NCBI GenBank assembly: GCA_947245315.1
Contig: CAMXNV010000001.1
Location: 1 to 36,559, forward strand
Reading direction: 5' to 3'
Source: an uncultured Oscillibacter sp.
GTDB lineage: Bacteria; Bacillota; Clostridia; Oscillospirales; Oscillospiraceae
DNA length: 36,559 bases
Within the stretch, counting starts at the first letter, position 1. Each line of letters opens with the position of its first letter. This document shows, in pieces, positions 16,072 to 24,131 of the stretch. Position numbers and translations under genes: made by a program. The notes under the pieces were generated by a model that saw only the letters and a list, made by a program, of their open reading frames with translations, was not told the DNA's origin and did no database searches.

Positions 16072-16857
16072 TCAGCAGTGACCGGCGCGGCAGCCGCGCT
16101 CACAAAAGCCGCCCGCGTGTTCATAGCCGCAGTAGGTGGTTCCGTTGTGGGCGTGGAGCCCGGCGGCGGTGCAGCCCTCGACCGGGCAGAGGGCGTAACA
16201 GGAGCCGTCGCAGAAGCCGCACGCATGGTCATAGCCGCAGTAGGTAACTCCGTTATGGACATGCTGTCCGGCGGCGGCGCACCCCTTGACCGTGCAGAGG
16301 GCGTGACAAGAGCCGTCGCAGAAGCCACCCTCGTGGTCGTATCCGCAGTAGGTGGTTCCGTTGTGAGCATGGAGTCCGGCGGCGGTGCAGCCCTTGACCG
16401 TGCAGAGGGCATGACAAGAACCGTCGCAGAAGCCGCACGCGTGGTCGTATCCGCAGTAGGTGGTTCCGTTATGGACATGCTGTCCGGCGGCGGTGCACCC
16501 CTTGACCGTGCAGAGGGCATGACAAGAGCCGTCGCAGAAGCCGCCCGCGTGGTCATAGCCGCAGTAGGTGGTTCCGTTATGGAGATGCTGTCCGGCGGCA
16601 GTGCAGCCCTTGACCGTGCAGAGGGCGTGACAGGAACCGTCACAGAAGCCGCCCGCGTGGTCATAGCCGCAGTAGGTGACCCCGTTGTGGACGTGCCGCC
16701 CGGCGGCGGTGCAGCCCTCCACAGTACAGACAGCGACGGCGGCCTGGGCCTTGGGAGCCTGGGCGCGGCCGCTGTGGTGGCCGTGACCGTGGGCGGAGAC
16801 CGGGAGGGTCAGCAGCGCGAAGGCCAATATGCAGAGAAGCATTCGTTTGATACGCAT
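16072..16857 (-). CDS. secreted Cys/His-rich repeat protein (6 x 36 aa)
   Basis: RBS AGGAGG, signal peptide MRIKRMLLCILAFALLTLPVSA, His tract HGHGHH, and repeats of LCTVKGCTAAGxHxHNGTTYCGYDHAGGFCDGSCHA. Confidence 0.88.
   Translation of the reverse strand: MRIKRMLLCILAFALLTLPVSAHGHGHHSGRAQAPKAQAAVAVCTVEGCTAAGRHVHNGVTYCGYDHAGGFCDGSCHALCTVKGCTAAGQHLHNGTTYCGYDHAGGFCDGSCHALCTVKGCTAAGQHVHNGTTYCGYDHACGFCDGSCHALCTVKGCTAAGLHAHNGTTYCGYDHEGGFCDGSCHALCTVKGCAAAGQHVHNGVTYCGYDHACGFCDGSCYALCPVEGCTAAGLHAHNGTTYCGYEHAGGFCERGCRAGHC
16090..16735 (-). repeat. 108-bp coding tandem repeat, 6 copies
   Basis: CCGCAGTAGGT and CAGAAGCC recur at 108-nt spacing. Confidence 0.93.
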
Positions 16858-17020
16858 GGGGGAAACCTCCTAAAGACAAAAAAATTGCAAGCTTATAGTA
16901 CTGCCATTCTGTTTTCTTTTGGCGGCTCGGAATCTCTCGCGTGGCGGAGGCAAATCGGGCCGCGGCAGAGAGTTCTTCATTATAATAGCACAGCCGCCCC
17001 GGGCTGGCAAGGGGGTCTAC

Positions 17021-17075
17021 GTTCAAAAATCCTTCAAACTTCTTTCAGCAAGTTTTAAGTTCTCCCGCTTATACT
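17021..17075 (+). promoter_or_regulatory. response-regulator-type promoter upstream of htrA
   Basis: GTTCAA, CTTCAA, TTTCAG and TTTAAG at 17021, 17032, 17043 and 17054 (11-nt period), then 10 nt and TATACT. Confidence 0.55.
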
Positions 17076-17228
17076 AAGCCCAACAAGTCAAGGGAGAGAC
17101 CCTCCGGAGGGGCGGCATCCCAAAATTCAAAAACCAGACAAGCCCAGTTCACACGTTCGACATGAATTCCTGTTATCTTAGCTTCTAAAGAACGGGGGAA
17201 CGGGATACATAATAAGGAGGAACCATTT

Positions 17229-18605
17229 ATGTATAACGATGAGAAAAACCTGTACAATTATACCTACCGGAAGGACGGGAGCGAGCTTTCCCACCAGAGG
17301 GAGACCGTCTCCTCCCCCTCCGGCGGACAGTACGGCCCTCGGGGGCCCGAATTGGAGATGAAGCCCGTGAAGAAGAATCGGATCGGTTTGAAGATCACCG
17401 CCCTGGCCTTGAGCTGCGCCCTGCTGGGCGGCGCGGCGGGCGGCGGAGCCGTCTGGGCAGCCATGCAGGCCTCGGAGAAAAATGAGAGCGAAATCAGCCT
17501 CTCCAGCCGCCCCGTCACCCAGGTGGCCCTCCGGAATGTGGACGGAAAGACGGCCCTGAGCGACGCGGAGGTCTACGCCGCCAATGTGAACAGCGTGGTC
17601 TCCATCCGGACCTCCGCCACCGCCGGGTACAACTTCTTCGGACAGCCGGTGCAGTCCGCCTCCTCCGGGTCCGGCTTCGTGCTGAGCAAGGACGGCTACA
17701 TCCTCACCAATTACCACGTGGTCAAGGGAGCGGAAACCGTCACGGTGACCCTGTACAGCGGGGAGGAGTTCAACGCCACCTATATCGGGGGAGAAGAGGA
17801 CTATGACATCGCGGTCATCAAGGTGGAGGCCCAGGACCTCCAGCCCGTGACCCTGGGGGACAGCGCCACGCTGAACGTGGGGGACCACGTGCTGGCCATC
17901 GGCAACCCCCTGGGCGAGCTGACCTTCTCCATGAGCGGCGGCATGGTTTCCTGCGTGGACCGGGCCATCAATATAGACGGCACCCCCTTTAACATGATCC
18001 AGACGGACACCTCCATCAACCCGGGCAACTCCGGGGGACCCCTCTTCAACCAGTACGGCGAGGTGGTGGGCATCGTCTCCGCCAAATACTCCCAATCCTC
18101 CGGCGGCACCTCGGTGGAGGGCCTGGGCTTCGCCATCCCCATGAACGACGTGTTCTCCATGGTAAAGGACATTATGACCAACGGCTACGTCTCCAACCGG
18201 GCCTACCTGGGCATCACGCCCCAGACCCTGACGGAGGGCACGGCGGCCCAGTTCCACTATGACGTCACCGCCGGAGTCTTTATCAACTACGTGGAGCCGG
18301 ACAGCGCCGCCGCCAAGGCGGGACTGAAAATGGGAGACGTCATCACCAAGGTAGACGACACGGAAATCAAATCCGTGGAGGACCTGAACCTGGCGAAAAA
18401 GCGCTACTCCGCCGGAGACACGGCTACTCTGGAAATCTACCGGCCCGACGGAACCATCACGGTGGAGATCACCTGGGGCGCGGCCCCCAAGGAGGAGCAG
18501 AGCCAGCAGCCGGTCCAGGAGACCCCCAATAACCGGAACGACTCCTACGGCTATGGAAACGGCGGCATGGATCCCTTCGACATGTTCCGTTACTTCTTCG
18601 GCTGA
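17229..18605 (+). CDS. htrA: HtrA/DegP-family serine protease with a PDZ domain
   Basis: TM anchor, SGSGF, TNYHVV, DIAVIK, IGNPLG, INPGNSGGPL and PDZ (AYLGI...AGLKMGDVI). Confidence 0.95.
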   Translation: MYNDEKNLYNYTYRKDGSELSHQRETVSSPSGGQYGPRGPELEMKPVKKNRIGLKITALALSCALLGGAAGGGAVWAAMQASEKNESEISLSSRPVTQVALRNVDGKTALSDAEVYAANVNSVVSIRTSATAGYNFFGQPVQSASSGSGFVLSKDGYILTNYHVVKGAETVTVTLYSGEEFNATYIGGEEDYDIAVIKVEAQDLQPVTLGDSATLNVGDHVLAIGNPLGELTFSMSGGMVSCVDRAINIDGTPFNMIQTDTSINPGNSGGPLFNQYGEVVGIVSAKYSQSSGGTSVEGLGFAIPMNDVFSMVKDIMTNGYVSNRAYLGITPQTLTEGTAAQFHYDVTAGVFINYVEPDSAAAKAGLKMGDVITKVDDTEIKSVEDLNLAKKRYSAGDTATLEIYRPDGTITVEITWGAAPKEEQSQQPVQETPNNRNDSYGYGNGGMDPFDMFRYFFG

Positions 18606-19052
18606 GATTCTCCTGGAAGATGAGGCCGCATGGACCTAAACCCCCGACGGCAAGCATTTGAGCGTGTGCCCCATATGCTTCTATCGGAAAATGTCCTTCA
18701 ACCTGAGACCAAGTTGCCGACGCAACAGTGCTATCTCCTCTCCAGACCATCAGAACGCGCTAAAGTTCTTTTGCGTACTTTTCCCCTTCGGGGACGTACT
18801 CCACTAAGATTTTGCTTCGCAAAATCAAGTGTCGTTACAGTCTTCCAAGAAAAGTACGACGGGCGGCTTCGCGGCAAGAGCTGCGGCAGGGCAAAAAAGC
18901 CGCTATGCGACGGGCGGTGAGAGGTGTATATAGATGTGGCAGGGCGGGGGGTCTCCCGCCGGAGCGGCAAAACGCCGTATAAAGAGCCCCGGCATACCCG
19001 GGGAGGACAGCAAAGCGCGGGAGGGGCCGGAAGGCCCCTCCCGCGGCATCTG

Positions 19053-19664
19053 TCAGGGAACAATCTCAATGCCCAGAATCCGGGCCACCACCGGGGCCTG
19101 AGAGGCGTGGAGCCTGGCCCCCTTCAGCTCCCGGCAGGAGGCGGAGAGGGCCACGCCGTCCAGCGTGCAGCCCGAGAGGTCTATGCCCGCCCACTGGGAG
19201 CGGAAGAGGTCTGCCCCCGTGAAATCCACCTGAGACAACGTGGTCCTCACCACCCGGAGCTCCCGGCAGGCGCTCTCCCGCAGGTCGCAGCCGGACCAGG
19301 CGCAGCGCTCCCAGAGGGCGCCGGTGAGGTTGGCGTAGCGGAGCCGGAGGCCCTCCAGGGCGCAGTCCTTGAAGCGGGCCCGGCGGAAGTCCCCAGCCTC
19401 GGCCTTGCAGTCCGTCAGGGCCACGTCCTTCCAGTACCCGGCGGCGAAGCGGCAGCGGACAAAGGCACAGGCGGAGAAGGCGCAGTTGTAAAAGGCGGCG
19501 GCGCTGAACGCGCAGTCCGTAAAGCGGCAGCGGCGGAACTGCACCCGCCGGAAGGTCAGCTCCCCGGCGTCCAGGCCCTCCGCCTCCTCTTGCTCGAAGC
19601 TCCGGAGGGCGAGAAGGTCCCCCTCCTCCCGGGCGGCCTCCAGGGCCCGCTCCAACGGGGTCAC
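19053..19664 (-). CDS. pentapeptide repeat protein
   Basis: Recurrent A/C-x-F/L-x-x units (CRFTDCAFSAAAFYNCAF, ANLTGA, ADLFRS, IDLSGCTL); C-terminal ARILGIEI. Confidence 0.9.
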   Translation of the reverse strand: MTPLERALEAAREEGDLLALRSFEQEEAEGLDAGELTFRRVQFRRCRFTDCAFSAAAFYNCAFSACAFVRCRFAAGYWKDVALTDCKAEAGDFRRARFKDCALEGLRLRYANLTGALWERCAWSGCDLRESACRELRVVRTTLSQVDFTGADLFRSQWAGIDLSGCTLDGVALSASCRELKGARLHASQAPVVARILGIEIVP

Positions 19665-20305
19665 TTCCGCTTCTCCGGCATCCAGAGGAGCTCCTCGAAG
19701 CTCTTGATGTAGACGTCGCAGTAGCCCCGCATCTCCTTCTCATCCTGGGCGAAGAGGCCGTCGTAGACCCCCACCACCCGCATCCGGGCCCCCCGGGCCC
19801 CCTGGCAGGCGGCCAGGCTGTCGTCAAAGACGGTGCAGTCCTCGGGGCGGACGTCCGCAGCCTTGGCGGCGGCCAGCCAGACGTCCGGCTTCTTCTTCTC
19901 CAGGCCCAGCTCCTGGGCGAAGGTCACCCGCTCGAAATACTTTTCCAGCCCCAGGGTCTCCAGGGCCATGTGGCAGTGCTCCGGCACGCTGGAGGTCACC
20001 ACGGCCATCCGCCGCCCCTCGGCCTTGCACTGCTTCAAATAGGCCCGGACGCCGGGCTTCACGGGCACATGGGCATAGGAGTCCTCCGCCAGCTCCATCC
20101 ACTCGGCGATGATGTCCTCACAGGACTCGGAGAGCTTGCAGAACTCCTTGGTGAACACCGCCGCCAGGGGCAGGGGCACGTGGGCCACTCCCTCGTAATA
20201 GGCGTGGGTGTAGCGCAGCCCCCGGCGGGCCAGGAACTCCCGGTCCACCTTTTTCCAGATTCCGTTGGAGTCGGTGAGCACGCCGTCCATATCGAAGAAA
20301 AACAT
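19661..20305 (-). CDS. HAD-family phosphatase
   Basis: Motifs FDMDGVLTDS, VVTSS, KKKPD and FDDS. Confidence 0.93.
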   Translation of the reverse strand: MFFFDMDGVLTDSNGIWKKVDREFLARRGLRYTHAYYEGVAHVPLPLAAVFTKEFCKLSESCEDIIAEWMELAEDSYAHVPVKPGVRAYLKQCKAEGRRMAVVTSSVPEHCHMALETLGLEKYFERVTFAQELGLEKKKPDVWLAAAKAADVRPEDCTVFDDSLAACQGARGARMRVVGVYDGLFAQDEKEMRGYCDVYIKSFEELLWMPEKRK

Positions 20306-20308
20306 AGG

Positions 20309-20929
20309 TCACACCTCCTGTAATAGGCGGAAGCGCCAGGGGAAGTCCCTGGCCTCCTCCGCGTAGTCCACCCCCACCCGGGGCCCGGCGACGATCTTTT
20401 CCCCGGCGGGCGGGGAGAAGGGGGGCAGGCCCGCGTCCTCCGGCTTGTCGCAGAGAAAGAGCGCGTCCCCCGTCAGGTCCAGGCCGTTCTCCGCCCGGGT
20501 CAGGGCCAGGGCCCGGCAGACCTTGCCGGGGCCGTTGAGAAAGTTCTTCCGCCGGTAGGGCGTCATGGGCTTGTCCCCGTAGCGGAGGCGGGCCATGACC
20601 TCCGCGCCCGCCACGGGCTCCAGGGCCCGGAGGAGCACGGCGGCGGGCTCCCCCTCCGGCTCGGTGACGAAGTTCAGGCAGTGGTACATGCCGTAGATGA
20701 GGTAGATATAGGCCGTCCCCGGCGGGGCGAAGAGGGCCTCCGTCCGGGCGGTCCGCCGGTAGCCGTAGGCGTGACAGGCCTTGTCGCAGCGGCCCACGTA
20801 GGCCTCGGTCTCCACGATCCGCCCGGCCAGGGACCGGCCGTCCAGGCGGCGGATCAGATACTTGCCCAGGAGCTGCCGGGCGGCGTCCAGGGTGTCCTGA
20901 TTATAGAAATCCCGGGAAAGCCTTGCCAT
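20309..20929 (-). CDS. DNA-3-methyladenine glycosylase (MPG/AAG family)
   Basis: Motifs GRIVETEAY, YIYLIYGMYHCLN, AVLLRALEP, NGPGK, PRVGV and PWRF. Confidence 0.95.
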   Translation of the reverse strand: MARLSRDFYNQDTLDAARQLLGKYLIRRLDGRSLAGRIVETEAYVGRCDKACHAYGYRRTARTEALFAPPGTAYIYLIYGMYHCLNFVTEPEGEPAAVLLRALEPVAGAEVMARLRYGDKPMTPYRRKNFLNGPGKVCRALALTRAENGLDLTGDALFLCDKPEDAGLPPFSPPAGEKIVAGPRVGVDYAEEARDFPWRFRLLQEV

Positions 20930-21033
20930 TTTCTCACCTCGGTGTTACAATAAAAACTCGTGTGGCCCGGAGACGGAAGCGCTCTTAGACCACCAGCTTA
21001 GTATATCACGGAAATTTGGATGGAGCAAGGAAA

Positions 21034-21948
21034 ATGAAAACCAATCGAATTCGGCAGAACGTCCTGCCTCTGATCACGGCCATGATCTGGGGCACCGCCT
21101 TCGTGGCCCAGAGCGTGGGGGCGGACTACATGGGCCCCTTTACCTTCAACGCCGCCCGGGCGGCCATCGCCTTTGTCTTCCTGCTGGGCCTCTGGGGCCT
21201 CCGGGCCGCCTGGCGGAAGGGCAGGGGGGAGCCCCCCGCCCCCGCCGCCTCCCGGCGGGACCTGCTGCTGGGGGGCCTGGCCTGCGGCACGGCCCTGGCG
21301 GTGGCCAGCTGCTTCCAGCAGAAGGGGCTGGAGACCACCTCCTCCGGCAAGGCGGGGTTCATCACCGCGCTGTACATCGTCCTGGTGCCCCTGGCGGGCT
21401 TACTGCTGGGGAAGCGGCCCCCCCGGGCCGTGTGGTTGGGGGTGGCGCTGGCGGTGGCGGGGCTGTACTGCCTCTGCGTCACCGAGGAGCTCTCCGTCAC
21501 CGGCGGGGACCTGTACGTGCTGGCCTGCGCCTTCTGCTTCGCCGTGCAGATTCTCACGGTGGACCACTTCACCAACCGGGTGGACGGGGTGTCCCTGTCC
21601 TGCGCCCAGTTTCTCGTCATGACGGTGCTGTGCTCCCTGGGGGCCCTGACGGAGGCCCTGCCCCCCCTGGAGGTGCTGCCCCAGTGCCTGGGGCCGGTGC
21701 TGTATGTGGGCGTGTTCTCCAGCGGCGTGGCCTACACCCTCCAGATTCTGGCCCAGAAGGACTCGGACCCGGGGGTGGTGTCCCTGCTGATGAGCACGGA
21801 GTCCGTCTTCGCCACCATCGCCGGGGCCCTGATCCTGGGGGACCGGATGAACGGCCGGGAGTACCTGGGCTGCGCCCTGATGCTGGCGGCGGTGATTTTG
21901 GCCCAGCTTCCCGTGCCCCTGGGGCGGCGGCGGGAGGGCTCCATTTGA
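21034..21948 (+). CDS. DMT/EamA-family transporter
   Basis: IWGTAFVAQ, KAGFITALYIVLVP, AYTLQILAQK and ESVFA; about 10 TM segments. Confidence 0.93.
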   Translation: MKTNRIRQNVLPLITAMIWGTAFVAQSVGADYMGPFTFNAARAAIAFVFLLGLWGLRAAWRKGRGEPPAPAASRRDLLLGGLACGTALAVASCFQQKGLETTSSGKAGFITALYIVLVPLAGLLLGKRPPRAVWLGVALAVAGLYCLCVTEELSVTGGDLYVLACAFCFAVQILTVDHFTNRVDGVSLSCAQFLVMTVLCSLGALTEALPPLEVLPQCLGPVLYVGVFSSGVAYTLQILAQKDSDPGVVSLLMSTESVFATIAGALILGDRMNGREYLGCALMLAAVILAQLPVPLGRRREGSI

Positions 21949-21951
21949 CAA

Positions 21952-21980
21952 TGGACAAGGGGTCCAACCTATGCTATAAT
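21952..21980 (+). promoter_or_regulatory. sigma-A-type promoter for the WecB/TagA-tmk genes
   Basis: TGGACA, 17 nt, TATAAT with a TG extension. Confidence 0.7.
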
Positions 21981-22006
21981 AGCCGCAGTATAGCCCTTCT
22001 ATGGGG

Positions 22007-22188
22007 CAATGTCATTAAGCTAAACCCAACGGAGAGCCCTCTCCGTCACGGCTGCGCCGTGCCACCTCTCCCAAAGGGAGAGGCAAGAGGATCTTGCGGC
22101 TATCGCACCGTCTTCTCCCCCCTTTGGGGGAGCAGTCTGGCCAGAGGCCAGACTGAGAGGGTTCTATATCCTTAACTTAATGACATTG
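22007..22188. mobile_element. 182-bp MITE-like element with 17-bp terminal inverted repeats around a palindromic repeat doublet
   Basis: CAATGTCATTAAGCTAA ... TTAACTTAATGACATTG (16/17 match). The interior CCGTCACGGCTGCGCCGTGCCACCTC recurs near 36516-36541. No clear target-site duplication. Confidence 0.65.
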
Positions 22189-22288
22189 GCCTTGGGGGGA
22201 GCGTCTTTCTCCCCGGGCCCTGGACTATTTGTCCGGGAAATTGGAAATCATAGCCGGGGAACCGGCTTGGGCAAAATGAGGTGAGCTT

Positions 22289-23008
22289 GTGCGGATCAGC
22301 GTGCTGGGCGTGGGCTTTGACAATCTGACCTTGGAGGAGGCGGTGGAACGGGGCATGGAGCTCCTCCACAGCCCGGGGGCCCACTACGTGGTCACCCCCA
22401 ATCCCGAGATCGTGGAAATCTGCCGGGAGAACCTGGCCGCCCGGGAGGCGGTGAACCAGGCGGACCTGGTCCTGGCCGACGGCATCGGCGTGGTGAAGGG
22501 CGCGGCCATGCTGGGGACGCCCCTGAAGGGGCGGGTGCCCGGCATCGAGTTCGCCGCCGGGCTCATGGAGCGCATGGCGGCGGAGGGCCTGTCCCTCTAC
22601 CTGCTGGGGGCCAAGCCCGGCGTGGCGGAGGCCGCCGGAGAGCGTCTGGCGGCCCAATACCCCGGCCTGAAAATCGCCGGGACCCACGACGGCTATTTTC
22701 AGGAGGACGGCCCCGTGACGGAGGCCATCCGGCAGAGCGGCGCGGACTGCGTCTTCGTCTGCCTGGGGGCCCCCAAGCAGGAGCTCTGGATGCGCAAGCA
22801 GGGCGGGGCCACCGGGGCCCGGCTCCTCTGCGGCCTGGGGGGCAGCCTGGACGTCTTCGCCGGAGTGGTGGAGCGGGCCCCCAGGTTCTGGTCCGACCAT
22901 GGGCTGGAGTGGTTCTACCGGCTGTGCCGGGACCCCCGCCGGGCCGGGCGGATGATGAAGCTGCCCCTGTTTTTGATACACGTGAAGAAGGAGAAAAGGC
23001 GGAGATGA
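22289..23008 (+). CDS. WecB/TagA/CpsF-family glycosyltransferase
   Basis: Motifs VVTPNPEI, LADGIGVV, RVPGIE, HDGYF, LGAPKQE, GGSLDV and GLEWFYRL. Confidence 0.95.
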   Translation: MRISVLGVGFDNLTLEEAVERGMELLHSPGAHYVVTPNPEIVEICRENLAAREAVNQADLVLADGIGVVKGAAMLGTPLKGRVPGIEFAAGLMERMAAEGLSLYLLGAKPGVAEAAGERLAAQYPGLKIAGTHDGYFQEDGPVTEAIRQSGADCVFVCLGAPKQELWMRKQGGATGARLLCGLGGSLDVFAGVVERAPRFWSDHGLEWFYRLCRDPRRAGRMMKLPLFLIHVKKEKRRR

Positions 23009-23673
23009 GGGGAACGCTGATTGTATTCGAGGGCACCGACGGCTCCGGCAAGGCCACCCAGGCCAAGCTCCTCCTCCGGAGTCTGGAGGCCCGGGGAATC
23101 CCCTGCCGGGAGATTGACTTTCCCCGGTACGGCAATCCCTTTGCCGAACCGGCGAACCTGTACCTCCACGGCGCCCTGGGGGGCAGCCCCGGGGACGTGA
23201 ACGCCTACGCCGCCTCCGCTATGTTTGCCGTGGACCGCTTCGCCTCCTACAAGGAGGACTGGGGGCGCTTCTACGAGGAGGGGGGCGTGGTGATCGCCAA
23301 CCGCTACACCACCTCCAATGTGGTCCACCAGGCCTCCAAGCTCCCCCAGGGGGAGCGGCAGGCCTATCTGGACTGGCTCTTTGACCTGGAGTACGGGCGC
23401 CTGGGCCTCCCGGAGCCGGACCTGGTGCTCTACCTGGACATGCCCACGGAGGTGGCCGGGCGGATGCTGCGCCGCCGGGAGGCGGAGACGGACGTCCGGG
23501 CGGACATCCACGAGCGGGACGAGGCCTATCTCCGCCGCTGCCAGGAGAGCGCCCGGGAGACCGTGGAGGCCCTGGGCTGGACCGTGATCGACTGCGCCGC
23601 CGGGGACCGGCCCCGGACGCCGGAGGAGATTCACGCCCAGGTGGCCGCCGCCGTGGAGAGGTATGTGGGCTAG
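23005..23673 (+). CDS. tmk: thymidylate kinase
   Basis: P-loop FEGTDGSGKATQ, DFPRY, NRYTTSN and PDLVLYLD; ATGA overlap with the upstream gene. Confidence 0.9.
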   Translation: MRGTLIVFEGTDGSGKATQAKLLLRSLEARGIPCREIDFPRYGNPFAEPANLYLHGALGGSPGDVNAYAASAMFAVDRFASYKEDWGRFYEEGGVVIANRYTTSNVVHQASKLPQGERQAYLDWLFDLEYGRLGLPEPDLVLYLDMPTEVAGRMLRRREAETDVRADIHERDEAYLRRCQESARETVEALGWTVIDCAAGDRPRTPEEIHAQVAAAVERYVG

Positions 23674-23727
23674 TCCCAATCCGGGACGCCGGAAACGGGA
23701 CGCGAGGCGTCCCGTCCGGCTGGGTAC

Positions 23728-23994
23728 TCAGCAGCAGGAGTCGTTGCAGCCGCAGTTGCAGTTACAGCCGCAGTTTCCCCCGCAGTTGCAGCCACAGCCG
23801 CAGCCGCAGTTCCCGCCGCAGTTCCCGCCGCAGTTCCCGCCGCAGTTGCAGCCGCAGTTGCAGCCGCAGTTTCCGCCGCAGCTGCCGCCCCAATTGCCGC
23901 CCCAGCTGTTCCCGCCGCATCCGCAGCAGCAGAACAGGATGATGATCAGGATGATCCACAGGCAGCCATTGTCGTTTCCATTGTTAAAGCACAT
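23728..23994 (-). CDS. small Cys/Gly/Asn-rich membrane protein, possibly spore associated
   Basis: RBS GAGGTG; hydrophobic LWIILIIILFCCC, then CGGN/CGCN repeats. Upstream CATAGAAT resembles a mother-cell sigma -10. Confidence 0.8.
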   Translation of the reverse strand: MCFNNGNDNGCLWIILIIILFCCCGCGGNSWGGNWGGSCGGNCGCNCGCNCGGNCGGNCGGNCGCGCGCNCGGNCGCNCNCGCNDSCC

Positions 23995-24131
23995 ATACAG
24001 TCACCTCTCTTGGATTTGAGATATTCTATGCGCCCGGCCGCCGCCGGGAGCCTGACCCGCTGAAAATTCAACCCGTCCTTTTTTTCGGGGGCCTTTTCAG
24101 AGGGCGCGCGCAGACGCGAGGAGGTTTTCAC

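Noticed and set aside
16860-16980. Leader of the Cys/His gene as a metal-sensing or c-di-GMP riboswitch
   Set aside because: Some pairing is possible (CTCTC/GAGAG), but I could not find NiCo, yybP-ykoY, cobalamin or c-di-GMP consensus elements by eye. cmscan would settle it.
16078-17058. 326-aa plus-strand repeat ORF, and a second open minus frame at 16062-16664
   Set aside because: A stop-free 108-bp repeat keeps several frames open. Only the Cys/His frame has an RBS, signal peptide and promoter.
23663-24019. Gln/Pro-rich ORF (QPQFPPQ repeats)
   Set aside because: It is the antisense reading of the Cys/Gly repeat gene, which has the RBS and a TM helix.
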